Origin: Selaginella moellendorffii
Taxonomy: Eukaryota; Plantae; Lycopodiophyta
Length of the DNA stretch: 64,000 bases
Assembly: GCF_000143415.4 (NCBI RefSeq)
Contig: NW_003314274.1
Span: 62,001 to 126,000 of the forward strand
Reading direction: 5' to 3'
Part shown: piece by piece, positions 49,769 to 62,369 of the stretch
How positions within the stretch are numbered: the first letter of the stretch is position 1
How the letters are laid out: the number at the start of each line of letters is the position of its first letter
Made by a program: the position numbers and the translations under genes
The notes under the pieces: generated by a model
Database searches by the model: none
What the model was told of the DNA's origin: nothing
The model's input: the letters and a program-made list of their open reading frames with translations, nothing else

Positions 49769-52210
49769 TCACGCTTGTGCTTGAGGCCGCCACCATTGCT
49801 TTTGAAGAACTAGTAGCTCCTCCAGGCCTTTGGTATGCGTGGTGTGAACTTTCCAATGTAAGGATTCCATCAATGGCTTGAGCTTCCCCAGGTTTTCCAC
49901 CTTGTCGCGAAATATGACGTAGCTTTCTGGTCTTAAAATCCTATCCATCTCCACAAGCGTATTTGTGGTATTGCACCTGGAAAATAAAACAATCAAAGCT
50001 TGTTAACTGCAGGAAAAGGAGAACAAACCTTTTCGTAAGTCGCGTTAGCAAGTGATCAGCATGGATCAAATCGTACGTTCGTGGATATGTGCTGAAGGAT
50101 TCACACCAGTCGTGGTAGATTCCAAACAAGCCCCGATCGAAAATCGCAGGCAGAGTGTCCGGTTCGTATATAGGCACGACGTTCATCACCCAAACTGGCT
50201 GCGACGCCAAGGCTGCAGCAAAACTGGAAGAAACAGTGACACACAAAAGCCAGAGTAAGAATGAGAGCGCAAAAAGCGAAAAAAAAAGAAAGAAACTTAC
50301 CCTCCATATGCGGCTTTCATATCCAGAACGTTGCGTATGTTCTTCCAGTCGAAATTCATCTTGAGGTACGAATTTTGCATCACGTTCTTCCAATGCTGAG
50401 TGTCGGACTTAAACTCCTCGTCACCAGCCTTGCCATAAAGGCCTTTGGAGACACGAGTGAGCCAAGTTGGAGGCGTGAGCAAACGCTGTGGCCAATCCTC
50501 AGGCCAGCTCGTTCCATGCTCCTCTTCCGTGACAGGCACCTTGTGAATGCAGCTTTTCATAGGAATGTACCTGTCATGCTGCTGTTAGCACACGAAAATC
50601 TTCTATAGTTTTCTGGAACTTTTACCATGCGGCATCACGCTTATCTTCTTCCTCACAAAGTGGGGGAAGTTTCGCTCTTCTTCTCTCGTAGCACAAGTTG
50701 TTGGTGGGCTTTTGAAATATTGCAACGCCCACAGCACTGGCAGCGTCTGTAGTTTTTGCTAGATTGTTCCAGCACATTGATGCCGCTAGGGACGATGTAT
50801 CTGAAAAAGAATAGTACTTTGCTCGGTGACAAACAGAACAGCAAGGCAAACATTAAATGGCATACTCTTCCAGATCTGAACTTGATCCGGCTGTGTACGG
50901 TAAACCGGAGGGGCAGACCACACAAAGTAACCGCCAGGCCTGAGCACCCGATTAACTTCGAGAAGCAGCTTTCCTCCTGACAAGTACTAGTTAGAAGCCA
51001 TTAAAAGTAAAAGGCGAACTTACCATCTTCATGCCATGGCACTCTACACCGAGCACAATGAACCATGTCAAAGACATTGGCTGGAAAAACCAGCCGCTGC
51101 GTTCCCATCACAGCCGAGATGGCAGGAATCCCTCGTTCCAGAGCTAGCTGAACCTGTGCTTCGTGCTCGTCTTTCGGTGCAAAAGACATTGTCAACACGT
51201 CCTTGCGAAACAAGTAGCCACCAAAACTCGCAACGCCGCAGCCAACGTCTAGAACCACACGCGTGTGCTTTCCCCACTCAATATCCGGCAACGTCTGCGG
51301 TCTCAGTTAGCGAAAGAAAAAAAAATCCACATTTTTCACCAGATATCTAAAGGACCAACTTACATTCTGAATGTAGTCGATGTAGTGATCGGCTCCAAGA
51401 ATAAACTGAGTGCCAGTCCCAGGAAATGTGAGCCGGTTTCCAGTTTTCTTGACCCAGCTCTGGTCTTTCTTGTACGTGACGAGTCCCGGATGGGGGACGT
51501 TGTCGAACCATATCTGGAAGCTACACGGACTGAAAACTTCAATGGCAACAAGAACAGAAAAGAAGAAAGAATGAACCAACCTCTTCCCGGCTTTGAGGCC
51601 AAGGCAGCGGCCTTTTGTAGTTCTTTGGAAGCGGTACGAGACAACTGACGAGATCTTCGTGCACAGGGCAGTGCCTCTCCCGGTGCTCGTAATGGTGTCT
51701 ACTTGGTAGCATCTTGATAGCTTCTTCGTTGTCTAGGCAGGGAATGTAGTCTTGCGCAGCGTTTCCAGCGCAAAGTTTCCATACACTATCACTATCACTC
51801 GGGCTGGAGGAAGTTTTCTCCTCTTGCAAACTCTGAGAGTCGCCATCGATCTCCTTTCCATCATCCAGTGCCTTGTTATCTTCACTTTCCTTGGAAGATC
51901 TTTCCTCTTCCTTTGCCACACCACTGGAAGATCTTTCGCCATCCTCATTTTCATCTTCATCGTTTTGTGCCAGCTGATTTTCCTGCTCCTTTCTCTCCAC
52001 TTTCTCATCCATTCCTCCAATCTTGTCATTCTCGTCTCCAATCTCTTCTCTGGCATCGCTCTGCCGCAATGCAGCTCCAGATCCTACCACATCCTGCTCG
52101 ACCAGACCAGATCTTCCCCGGAAAATCCACACGGCCACCACGAAAAAAGCCACGAGAATGCCGATCACAAGCCTGGGAGAATGCGTGGCGAATCGCTTCG
52201 GCCTGGCCAT
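49769..52210 (-). CDS. Putative SAM-dependent (pectin) methyltransferase, PMT/DUF248 family
   Basis: N-terminal TM; [46 protein letters not shown] and [16 protein letters not shown]. Confidence 0.93.
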
Positions 52211-52510
52211 CCCAGAAATCTCCCGGATCTAGCAGCTAGGCAAGAACCCTAATCACTACCTGGAACAGTCACTGACGCCGATCATCGAGCGCGGCACGAC
52301 TGATGGATCGCATTGATCCGAGAGATCGCTCGGATTCCTGGAATGGATCGATCGCTGAAAGACAGAGGAACGAATCCAGCGCAAAATCTACCCGAAATCT
52401 CAGCTAAAGTAAGAAAAGGGGGAAAAGTTGGAAAAGTAAAAAACGTTAAGTACACTTAATGATTAATGTAGGTACACTAAACCTTAATAGAGAGGAATAT
52501 GCTCCTGCGT

Positions 52511-53252
52511 CTACGAGCATATTCCCTGGCGCGGCCTATTTCGGCAAAGAGGACAGGACGCATTCAAGGAGAGCCACATTCGAATGCAGCGCGAGTGAAA
52601 GCAGTGCGAACATCCGCGAAACATTCTCCTCGACGATTCCTTCCCGCCGCCGCCAGGATTCTCCTCGAATCCTCCCAGGCAGATCGTGCAAGCCTCGTTG
52701 ATCGAAGACGGAGGAAAAGATCGCCCACCAATCCTCTCCATCTTGTGAACAAAGCCACTCATCTGGTGATCAGCTCGATCTTCTCCTCGTTCTCCTTGCT
52801 CTTCTTCCTCTTCTTCCTCTTCTTCTTGGAGGAAGACCTTGAGCGCTTCCTCTCCAGGAGAATGATCGTGATCTTGGTGATCAAGCGATCCTGCTACATC
52901 ATCAAAACCACCCTCGACGTGGGCGTCGTGATCATCATCGTGGAGAATGCGATCCAGCGCGGCGAAGCTGAGTAGCGTGTACACCATCAGCAGCAATCCC
53001 AGCACCGCCACCGCGATCTGGAGCGCAATGTAGCCTTCCAGAAACGCGAGCGACCCCATCGCCAGGGAGAAACACACGGCGCTCGCGATCAAATCCCGAA
53101 TCACCCCCACTACAAGCATGATCTCTCTCGGCTCTTCTATAGAGGCCCACAGAAACGAGAAAAAAAAGCAAACCACACTCAGTGAGACAGAAAGCAAAGC
53201 AAATGGTGTTCCTGGTGGCTATGGAGTCACTGTCCCGAGCATAGAAAACCAT
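52511..53252 (-). CDS. Membrane-anchored RING-H2 E3 ubiquitin ligase
   Basis: Hydrophobic N-terminal helices, then CTIC..GCSHCFHSRCIRMWLSLNASCPLC. The 5' exon structure is uncertain. Confidence 0.8.
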
Positions 53253-53532
53253 GAAGAAATCAAAGAGAAGGAAGAGGCAGTCACCAACCAGAGGGGAGAT
53301 GGGCTTGACCTATTCATTGCGAAATCGGCGACTCTGGATAGAGATTATCCCTCTTTTCTTCGCCAGGAAGTGAAATATCGCTGCGCAGGGCAATGAGCAA
53401 ATCTCAAATAGCTACGATTCGCACTGACCATGAGACACACAATACACTGTACCTTACAGGTGTACTGTACGCTTTTTCTTTTTCTTTTTCTTTTTTCAGC
53501 ACGAAAACTCTAGAGGCATCTAGAGAATATAC

Positions 53533-53690
53533 TTGTCAATGAGCCGTTGACTATAATGACATGACTGACCGTTTACTATAATGTCAACGGACAAGATATT
53601 TCTATTCGAGATTTGCGAGCGCGAAAGCAACATTGACAAGAGACCGATATTCAAAACTAAGCTATTCACAGCGAGGGAGATAAGTCAAGG
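53533..53690. promoter_or_regulatory. Cluster of W-box-like (TTGAC/GTCAA) motifs in a small direct/inverted repeat
   Basis: ttgtcaa, ccgttgactataatgaca, tgactgacc, gtttactataatgtcaacgg, ttgaca and agtcaa within ~160 bp upstream of the RING gene. Confidence 0.4.
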
Positions 53691-53702
53691 GTGGCGGCGC
53701 GA

Positions 53703-55566
53703 CTAGTCCATGGCGGGGCCATTCTTCTCGGCCATTTGGAGGTGTTGGCGGCTCTCGGGCGCCTCCGGGTCGGCGGCGCCGCCGGCGGGCTTGACGAACT
53801 CGGTGTCATCGGCGGGGACGATCCTCTTCCAGAACCAGTGGCTCCTCCACACCAGCATCATCTCCTCGATCGGGACGTTCTTGGTCTCGGGCACGAAGAA
53901 GTAGACGAAGATGGTCATGATGAGCACCCATCCCGCGAAGAAGAGGAACACGCCGAACTTGAAGGTACACAGCATCTTGAGGAAGGCCTGCGCGATGACG
54001 AAGGTGAAGAGCATGTTTACCGAGACCGTGATGCTCTGCCCGGCCGATCGCGTCTCCAGGGGATAGATCTCGCTGGGGATGAGCCAGCCGAGAGGACCCC
54101 ACGACCACGCGAAGGCCGAGACGTAGATGCAGATGAGCACCACCACGAACGCCGCCCAGCCCTTCGGGATGTTGCTGCTCGACGAGAACTTCACTCCCAA
54201 GACGATCCCAATCACGATCTGGAAGCCAAGCGATCGATCAAACACAGGAAACACGCGGGAATAAAAAATAACCAACCTGCGAGAAGAACATCTGGACGCC
54301 ACCCTCGAGCAGCAGCAGCCTCCGCCCGTACTTATCCACAGTGATGATCGAGATGAAAGTGGAGACGAGGTTGACAGCGCCGGTGATCACGGCCGAGTAG
54401 AGCGACGCGTCGTGTCCAAACCCGATGGTCTCGAACAGCACCGGCGCGTAGAACATGATCACGTTGATCCCGGTCAGCTGCTGGAAGAAGGGGATCAGGA
54501 TCGACATGACGAGCTGCGGCCGGTTCTTGCTCATCAAGAGATTCTTGTATGGATGCTTCACCATGTTGGCTTTCTGGCTTGCCTCCACGATATCTTCATA
54601 CTCGACATCCACCTTCTCGGTTCCACGGACTTTCTGGAGGACTTTTCTTCCTCGGTCGTGGCGCCCGCGCTCAATCAGGCTGTTCGGAGTGTCCGGGAGG
54701 AAGAATCCTCCCAGAGTCATAAAAACTGCTGGGACTCCGGCGAGAGCGAGCGAGAGCCTCCATCCCCAGGGAGTGATTTTGGCGGTTCCATAGTTGATGA
54801 GATTGGCGCAGAGGATTCCTATTGTTATAGCGAGCTGGAACATGATGTTCATGGCTCCCCGGATCTTGGCGGGCGCGAGCTCGGAGAGATAGAGAGGAAC
54901 AGCCTGCACGAAAAAAATAAATTCAAGTTTTTGCAACATAAAAAAGAGATCTCTGGCAAGATCTTAAGCTGACAAGATGGAGCTTACCTGGTTTCCAAAT
55001 CCAACTCCAATACCGAGCATGATTCGCCCGAGGATGAGCATCTCGATGTTCTCGGCGGCTCCAGTGAGCACGGCCCCGACTAGAAAGCTGAGACCACCGA
55101 GCAAGATGGAGGGTCTTCGTCCATAGCGCTTGGTCACCCACGCCGCCACGAACGAGGCGATGAGCGCCGCCAGGTAGAGCGAGGACGTGAAAGTGGTGAG
55201 CCCCTGGTTGTCATACTTGCAGTAGTGAGCATTGCCGCTCACCGGCTTTTGCTTGTTGCGATAGACCACGGGGAAGAATTTCTCCAGGAAATCGTCCATG
55301 GAGGTAACACCCCCTGTAGATAGACATCTCCATTTCAGCCAAGCGATCAAAGTTTCCAGACATTTTCTCCCCAAGATCTAAGTTTCAAGAAGAAAGAGAA
55401 GAAGAGCTCTGGAGGAGTCGAGCTTACCGGAGATTCCGATGTCATAGCCGAAGATGAGACCACCGCTAGCGGCGACGACGCAGGCGAGCACCACATAGAT
55501 CGTTGTTCGTCCTTGGTACTGATCAGATCTACCGCCTTGCGAAGAGAGCAACGCTCCTCCCGCCAT
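53703..55566 (-). CDS. STP: Sugar transport protein (STP/MST hexose-H+ symporter), 4 exons
   Basis: MAGG start, [47 protein letters not shown] and [11 protein letters not shown]. Confidence 0.95.
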
Positions 55567-56600
55567 AGCTGCGCTCAAGGAACCACCAAAAAAACAGGAA
55601 GAGCGTCCTCGCTGAAAAGAAAGGCGTTCCCAAAGACTTTCAAGACATTAAATTCCTCTCTTATCAGCAAGCTTTGACGAGACTAATCTTTTTTCTTTTT
55701 TTTAGCCGCTATAATTTTTTGGAGCTGCGTGTGGACTTTTAGACGAAAACACCAGCTGGTGGAGCCAAATTACTTTGTACGTTTGCATTTTGTATGGTTG
55801 CCAACAGCCAGCCACCTTCTAACTACATTTTTTTGGGCTTATTTAAAGTCCTTAGCGTATGGCAATGGAGCGTTTGGCGAAGTTTCGTAATCGATATCAA
55901 GCTGGTCGGAGGAGAAAAAGGAGGAGAACGAGGCGGCGATGGAAAGCTTGATCTCTCTTTTTTTGCAAGCTTTACATCCATCGCCCATGATCTGCCTGGC
56001 TGGATTTCAAAACACGAACGCGGCTAGTCGCCAGCCTTATCCATCGAAAGATTTAAGATTTCACGCAAGTTTCACGAGTCTGCGCACGAGCACTGAAAAT
56101 TTTGCAGGATGGTAACGAGCTCCAGGTGTCGAACCAGGTGTCGATCGAGTTGGCGTATACGCAAGAATTTACTACGCAGCTGTTACGATGAGATAAACAC
56201 AACATAAGATACTCTGTCGTCCAAATTAAAATTAGTATGATTTTGAAGAAATTCTACAGATTATATGGCAACATCATTGACCTGGACATAAAGAAAGAGT
56301 TTTGGAAAGACCGGACCGCCCAAGTCAAGCAAGCTTGCGTTTGAAAGCATAGATTATAAACAGTGTATAATTAAGTTAGTTTCTAAACCATATAAATAAA
56401 AGGCAGGAAATAGTATTCTGGTTTCAGATTTGCAAACTTTACCGCAGGCATTGTGCAAGCCGCCAAAAGCATTTAACATTCTTTCCCCCGAGAGAGAGAG
56501 AGAGAGAGAGGTATAAGACAATGTTTAAAAAGTGTTGACAAGTCCACTGCTTCTGCGATATTCTATATACTTCCTTGACACGAAAGGCGAACCGCACATA

Positions 56601-58175
56601 ATGGCCCTGCTGGCTATGGTAGCATTGCTCTTCTTTCTCGTAGCTCCACTCTTTTGGATCTTCAATCTCATCGTCGCCTCCCGCAAAGAAACTCCTGCTC
56701 AAGCTCTTCAAATTCCTCCGGGAAACTTGGGATGGCCGCTCATCGGAGAAACTTTCAGGTACGCTGTCCAATCCGGCTCTACTTTCTACGACGAGAGAGT
56801 TGCAAAGTATGGCGCCGTGTTTAAGACATCGCTCTTTGGCTCCAAGACTGTGGTTCTTCCAGCTCCGGAGGGCAATAGGCTCATCCTCATGAACGAGAAC
56901 AAGCTCGTCAGTGTCTCGTATCCAAAGTCCGTGAGCGTTCTTCTGGGAGAGAATTCCCTCATTGCGCTGCGAGGTGACGAGCACCGGCGATCCAAAGCTC
57001 TGCTCATGACGTTTCTCCGGCCAGAGATGCTCCAAAAGTTCGTGGGTCGGGTGTGCAAGGTCGTCCACGACCATCTCCAGAAGTTCTGGAGCGGTGGCGA
57101 CGAGGTGATCCGGGTGTATAATCTCATGAAGATGTTTACGTTCGCTCTGGCTTGCGACTTGCTCATGGGCCTCGACATTGGCGACGAGGAGATGGAGTTT
57201 CTGGCCAGAGATTTCGATACGCTGGTGCGAGGGCTCTTCCAGCTCCCCATCGACTTGCCTGGGACACAGTTTTGCAGAGCCAAAGCTGCGAGGAAGAAGC
57301 TCGATCAGTGCTTTGATCGCCACATACGAGAAAAGAGACGAGAGCTTGCGGGAAGTTTTCGTGCTAGATCTCATGAGCAGGATATGTTGGAGGTATTGCT
57401 CACGACCAGGGATGAGAATGGAGAGTTCAGCACGGACTTGGCAATCAAGGACAACATTGTTTCGTTGCTCTTTGCGGGGCACGATACTTCGAGCGTCGCT
57501 CTTACCTGGACATTGAAGTTCCTGGCGGATTCTCCCTCTTGCATGGACAAAGTTGTGCAAGGTTTTCGTATCAATCCCTGCGCCTCTCGATCCGATCAGT
57601 TTGGCTGACATGAATTGGTTGTTGTTGTTCTTGGCAGAAAACTTGGCGGTTCGAAGCTCGCGAAGTTCTTCAGAGCTTTCGTGGGAGGATTTGAGGAAGC
57701 TAAAGTATACATGGCAAGTGGTCCAGGAATCCATGAGGATGAGGCCTCCTGTTGGCGGTGGCTTCCGCGAGGCTCTCGTCGATTTGGAGTTTGATGGATA
57801 TGTCGTTCCCAAGGGATGGAAGGCAAGTTCTTGGCAAAGTTTTTGGAGATCTTACACTGAAATTATCTTGCACAGCTCAATTGGACCACTGCTACCTCAT
57901 ACAGGAAACCAGAGTTTTTCGTGGAGCCAAACAAGTTTGATCCATCTCGCTTTGATGGAGGGAATGGAATTGCTCCATACACTTTCCTCCCGTTTGGGGC
58001 AGGCGCAAGGATGTGCCCGGGCTCTGAGTTTGCAAAGATGGAAATCCTCGTCTTCCTGCACTATTGTGTTCTCCAGTTCGATTGGAAGCTCCTGGAACCC
58101 AACGAACAGGTGATCATCGATCCAATGCCTCGCCCTGTTCATGGAATGCCTGTAAGAATCTCTAAAAGAAATTAA
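56601..58175 (+). CDS. Cytochrome P450, CYP85 clan (CYP716-like), 3 exons
   Basis: PPGNLGWPLIGET, AGHDTS, ESMR, FDPSRF and heme motif FGAGARMCPG. The second intron is GC-AG (57823-57875). Confidence 0.9.
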
Positions 58176-58337
58176 AACTTTAAATTGTGTTTTCTATAAA
58201 TTATAAAGATAACATAAGAAAAAAGATAAAGATGATGAACACAATAGTAATAATGAAACCAGATTTCATACGTTATGTACACTGTGTTATTTGACATCAG
58301 ACTGGAAATAACTATTTGTTGACCCTGAGCTACACTT

Positions 58338-59976
58338 TCATTCGTTCATCCAGTCCCAGTTGGCTGGGCGATAATTTAACGGCGTGGAGCCCTCGGCGTC
58401 TCTAGCTTGAAGGTCTGCCCCTTTGCTTATCAAAAACTTGGCAACCATCTCCTGTTCGCAAACACAGGCATAGTGTAGCGCGGTCTGGCCTTCCTTGTCC
58501 TGAAAAAGAGAAAGGAAACAAAGGCCAAAAAAAAAAAAAACACCATTTTTTCCACGTAAGAGACAGATTCCATACAAATATCTGTACCTTGGCTTGAAGT
58601 TTTGCTCCTCTGGAAAGCAGCAATTCCACAAGTCCCAAGTGTCCACGGTCAGATGCCCAGTGAAGGGCCGTGCGGCCATCGCTGTCTGGAAAATTCTTCT
58701 GAAGTTAAAAGAGGCGCCGTGTAGGAAAAATTCCATCCTACCTTGGACGTCCACCGGGACGCCTTGACTTAAAAGTTCCAAGAGACCAGGCTCGTTGCCT
58801 TCCCGAGCAGCAATGTGTAGGGCATCCAGCGATCTACAAAGACAAACGAACTTAAAACAAACCATCGCCTTTCTTAATCGACGGGGGGAAGCGATATGCA
58901 AAGTGGACTTACCCGTCGTCACTCCTTTCATCGTACGCTAGTGTGCTAAAGACAGGCCCAACAGGACCTTTCTTTTGTTTGCTTCCAGACGTTCCTTCTT
59001 TGCCCTTGCTCTGAGAAAAAGTATAATGCTCATTTGAAGTTCTTAAAAGCCAAAGACTTACTTTCTGATTGCTCGCCCAATCCGGACTTAGTTCTGAAAC
59101 AAGCTCCACGTATCGTTCCATAGCCTCCTCTTGGCTAATATTCCCCAATTTCTGCCAGGCATTCCTTCAAAACAATCTCCCATCAGTGCTAAAAACAAAA
59201 AAGAGACATTTTTGCGAAGATCCATACCATTTTGCGCGAGCAGTCATCTTCAGTGCCGATGGCTGCACAGTATGACACGGACCCTCCGTCGCCACCTTGT
59301 AGAGTCCATACAGTTGGAGTTGAGTTTCACTGGAAACCTTCAAACCGCCAGCTTGAGTTGCTATGAAGCTCGACGCAGCTCCAAAAGCTTCATCCAACTC
59401 CGTGCTCTCCACGCCCTCCCAATCGGAGGAACCGTCATCATCCTCGTCCATCGCCATGGCCGAGATCGATCTGTTGGAGCCAGCTTCCGCCTCCACGGAA
59501 GAGCTCGTAGATGGTTCGTAGCCAGCTTCCATTGTCGCCAAGCTCTGATGTCCTGTGATCGCCTCCTGTTCTACGACCTCGTCCTTTTTGATAATCGGCG
59601 CTGGCGATCCAACTCCAGCGCCGGAAGCCTCATCGAGCCCACCACCCTCGCTCACTTCTGAGAAATCCGCCCTGCCTTCGCTCAATCCAGATATGTCTGC
59701 CCTGTCACCCTCGGAATCCACAGAATGTATGCTCTCTTCCTTCTCATCTGAAGAGCTGGAAGCACCTCTTTCTTCCTTTCTCTCTTGAGCTTCTTCGCTT
59801 GGAGACAAACGCTCCACCCTCATATTCCCGGCCCTCATCGAGCTCCTGATAGCCATAAACATCGATAGAAGCTTGGAGAGCATAAACGCGAAGACGATAG
59901 CTACAAACACTGTCTGCGCGAGCTCCTGCAAATCGGCCTGGCGCGCCATTTCCCTGATGCCTCCCCAGCTCCACAT
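58338..59976 (-). CDS. Acyl-CoA-binding protein with N-terminal TM and ankyrin repeats (class II, ACBP1/2-like)
   Basis: DWEGVESTELDEAF, LQLYGLYKVATEGPC, ARAKW, GPVFSTL and ankyrin motifs GRTALHWA / GQTALHYA. Confidence 0.92.
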
Positions 59977-60351
59977 ACCTCCAAAACCCTAATCCTAGAA
60001 CCTGTGAATCACGGAGAGCTGTGGAAGACGCGAAGAGGCGCGCTCCGCCAATGGATCCTTTTCACTCGCTCGCTCGCAAACCCAAACCCTAGGCCCCGTT
60101 TGAATCGAATTCCTCCTTTTGCGCTTTAACCCCTGCCCTTTTAGGTGAAGTTTGTTCGAGGGAAGGTATATGCTTTCCACAGATCCTTGCCATGATTTGA
60201 AGGGTCCAATCAACTGATTCACGCAGATGCTCGGTAAAAGCAGGGAGTTAACAAGCTTATTTACCACAGGGAAGAGCCCAGCGCCGATCGAATCCTCTCA
60301 GCTACTGTACCGTGGGTGTGACCTAAATTTTGTAATCCCTAGCTCCAAGGT

Positions 60352-62087
60352 ATGGCGAGTGCGGCAGTGGACAAGACGGTGGACGAGCTGCGGCACGAAA
60401 TTGCGGAGCTCTACCGGCAGAATCGAGAGGTAATTCCGGTGTCGCGGCGCTGGCGCCAGGATTGAGCGCCTGGATTTTGATTTCTCAGATAAATGAGAGG
60501 CTAAACAATCCAAGAGGAAGGCGGCTTGGAAGGGGTGGATTTTCGAGAGCTGTAGGCGGGCGAGGGGGCGGTCGAGGAGGAAGAACCAGAAAGGTACGAG
60601 AAATTCCTGTTAGGTCACGCGTTCTCAGCCTGTCTTTCTGTTCAGGCTGATGGTGATTTGGAAGGTCCTCCAACGAAGAGACTACATTCTGTTGTTAAGG
60701 TACGGTGGTGCTACAAGAGAAAAAAATTTCTCATGGTTTTCTTTCAAAAGGTTAATGGTGATTCGGTCGAAGCTCATACAAAAGAAACTGGCACGTCTTC
60801 CCCCCGTGGACGAAGAAGAGAGCCCTTTCTTACAGTAAGAACCGGCATAGTTCTCTAATCCTCTCATACTATCTTTCTTTTTCTTCAGGGGCAGGCGCAA
60901 GAATTTAGAACCGAGCCAGTTCCCAAAACTGTTTCGAAAGTGGACGACCCCAAACTTGCAAAGCGAAACAGGAGAATGTTTGGCGCTCTTCTGGGAACTT
61001 TAGAGGTATACTTTTGCATGGATGGCTATCTTTCTTGAATGCTTACTAGGTCCTTTGTTGTGTTTCTGGTCCAGGTTGGGGTTTCATTGCAGTTCGGAGA
61101 ACGTTGTCGTTATGTTTCCTGTCTCATGCTTGCCTGTTATTTAAGCTTTCTCTTAGGAATGTGTTCTTTTATCTTTTTTCACTCAGAGAGCGATTCTCAA
61201 CTAGTTGCTGCGTTCTTCTGTGTAGAAATTCAGAAAGGAAGAGATGTCAAACTCGGAATCAGTGATGCGGAGGTCGGACTCTCTCAAAAGAGTAAGCGTC
61301 TTTGTTTTTACTTCGGTGCCGATTGACAAAAGTACGTATGGAATGCAGGCTGTACAAAAGGCTCAAGAAGAAAGCGATAAGTTGCGACAAGAGGAGCGGG
61401 AGCACCTAACGGAAAGGCGAAAACGTGATTTGGTAAGGGACGTTGTTTTTTGCATCTCTGATGCGAGGCCTTTTTCCATGCAGATGCTTCGAGCTAAAAT
61501 CTCTGCCAAGGCGGAAGAAAAGCAAATCGAGCTGCTGTACATGCAATGGACAGCACACCAGAGCAAAGTTAGTTCGTTCCTAAAGTGAGTTCGTTCGTTT
61601 CTGCCAGTGAACGAGCGATTGACTGTTCATTTTATCTCAGGACAAAAGCAGAACCAGGAATACATTATCTTCCAGTAAAGCAAACAGAGCGTGACAAACA
61701 CCAACTGGAGGAGCAACGAAAGGTATATCATCTAAAGTTTCGGGTAGACGTGACGTTTCCTCTCAGGCTTTCGAAGAATGGAAGGTAAAGTGCCGGGAAG
61801 AGCTGGACGAGTACCAGAAGCAAATAACCGAGACGTTTCTGGCCAAAGCTCAGGCAGACATTGATAGAGTCGTGGCTGCTCGAAACAGGAAGAGGATCCA
61901 ATTCGAGGGCGGTGACAAAGAGCTGGAAGAAGAAGCCGCCGGTGGCAATCTAGGCGAGCAAATCGATAACGAGAACGAAGAGCTCCAGGACGAACAGGGC
62001 CAAGAGGAAGAAGTGGCGGACGTGATGGAAGAAGAGGATTATAGGCCGGAAGATGATACAACGCTCCCGGAAGGAAAATCTAGCTGA
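60352..62087 (+). CDS. Pinin/SDK/memA-family splicing-associated protein, multi-exon
   Basis: KTVDELRHEIAELYRQNREINERL, KRNRRMFGALLGTLEKFRKE, FLRTKAEPGIHYLP and an acidic C-terminus. Confidence 0.88.
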
Positions 62088-62369
62088 AAAGATTTAAACA
62101 GAGTATATCCCACTTGTGAGAATAGAAAGATGCGGATTCTTGAGTATATTCGTATGTGTACGGGATTGAGTAGAGGGAGTACGGCCACTTTGGACTGATT
62201 TTAAATCTTTAGCGCTCCCGCGCCTCTTTGCTAGGGTTCTAATGTGTGACGATGGGATTGTGAGCGCTCCGGCCGCGAGGTATAAAGAATTCCGGAAAGA
62301 TCTTTGATAATCCCATCCACGCAAAGGTCGTGTGTGTGCTTGCTCGATCAGGTTAGCGACCGGAAAAGG

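Noticed and set aside
56439-57812. 457-aa minus-strand ORF (also long antisense ORFs over tubulin, GNAT and STP)
   Set aside because: Antisense shadows of GC-rich coding exons with no recognisable domains.
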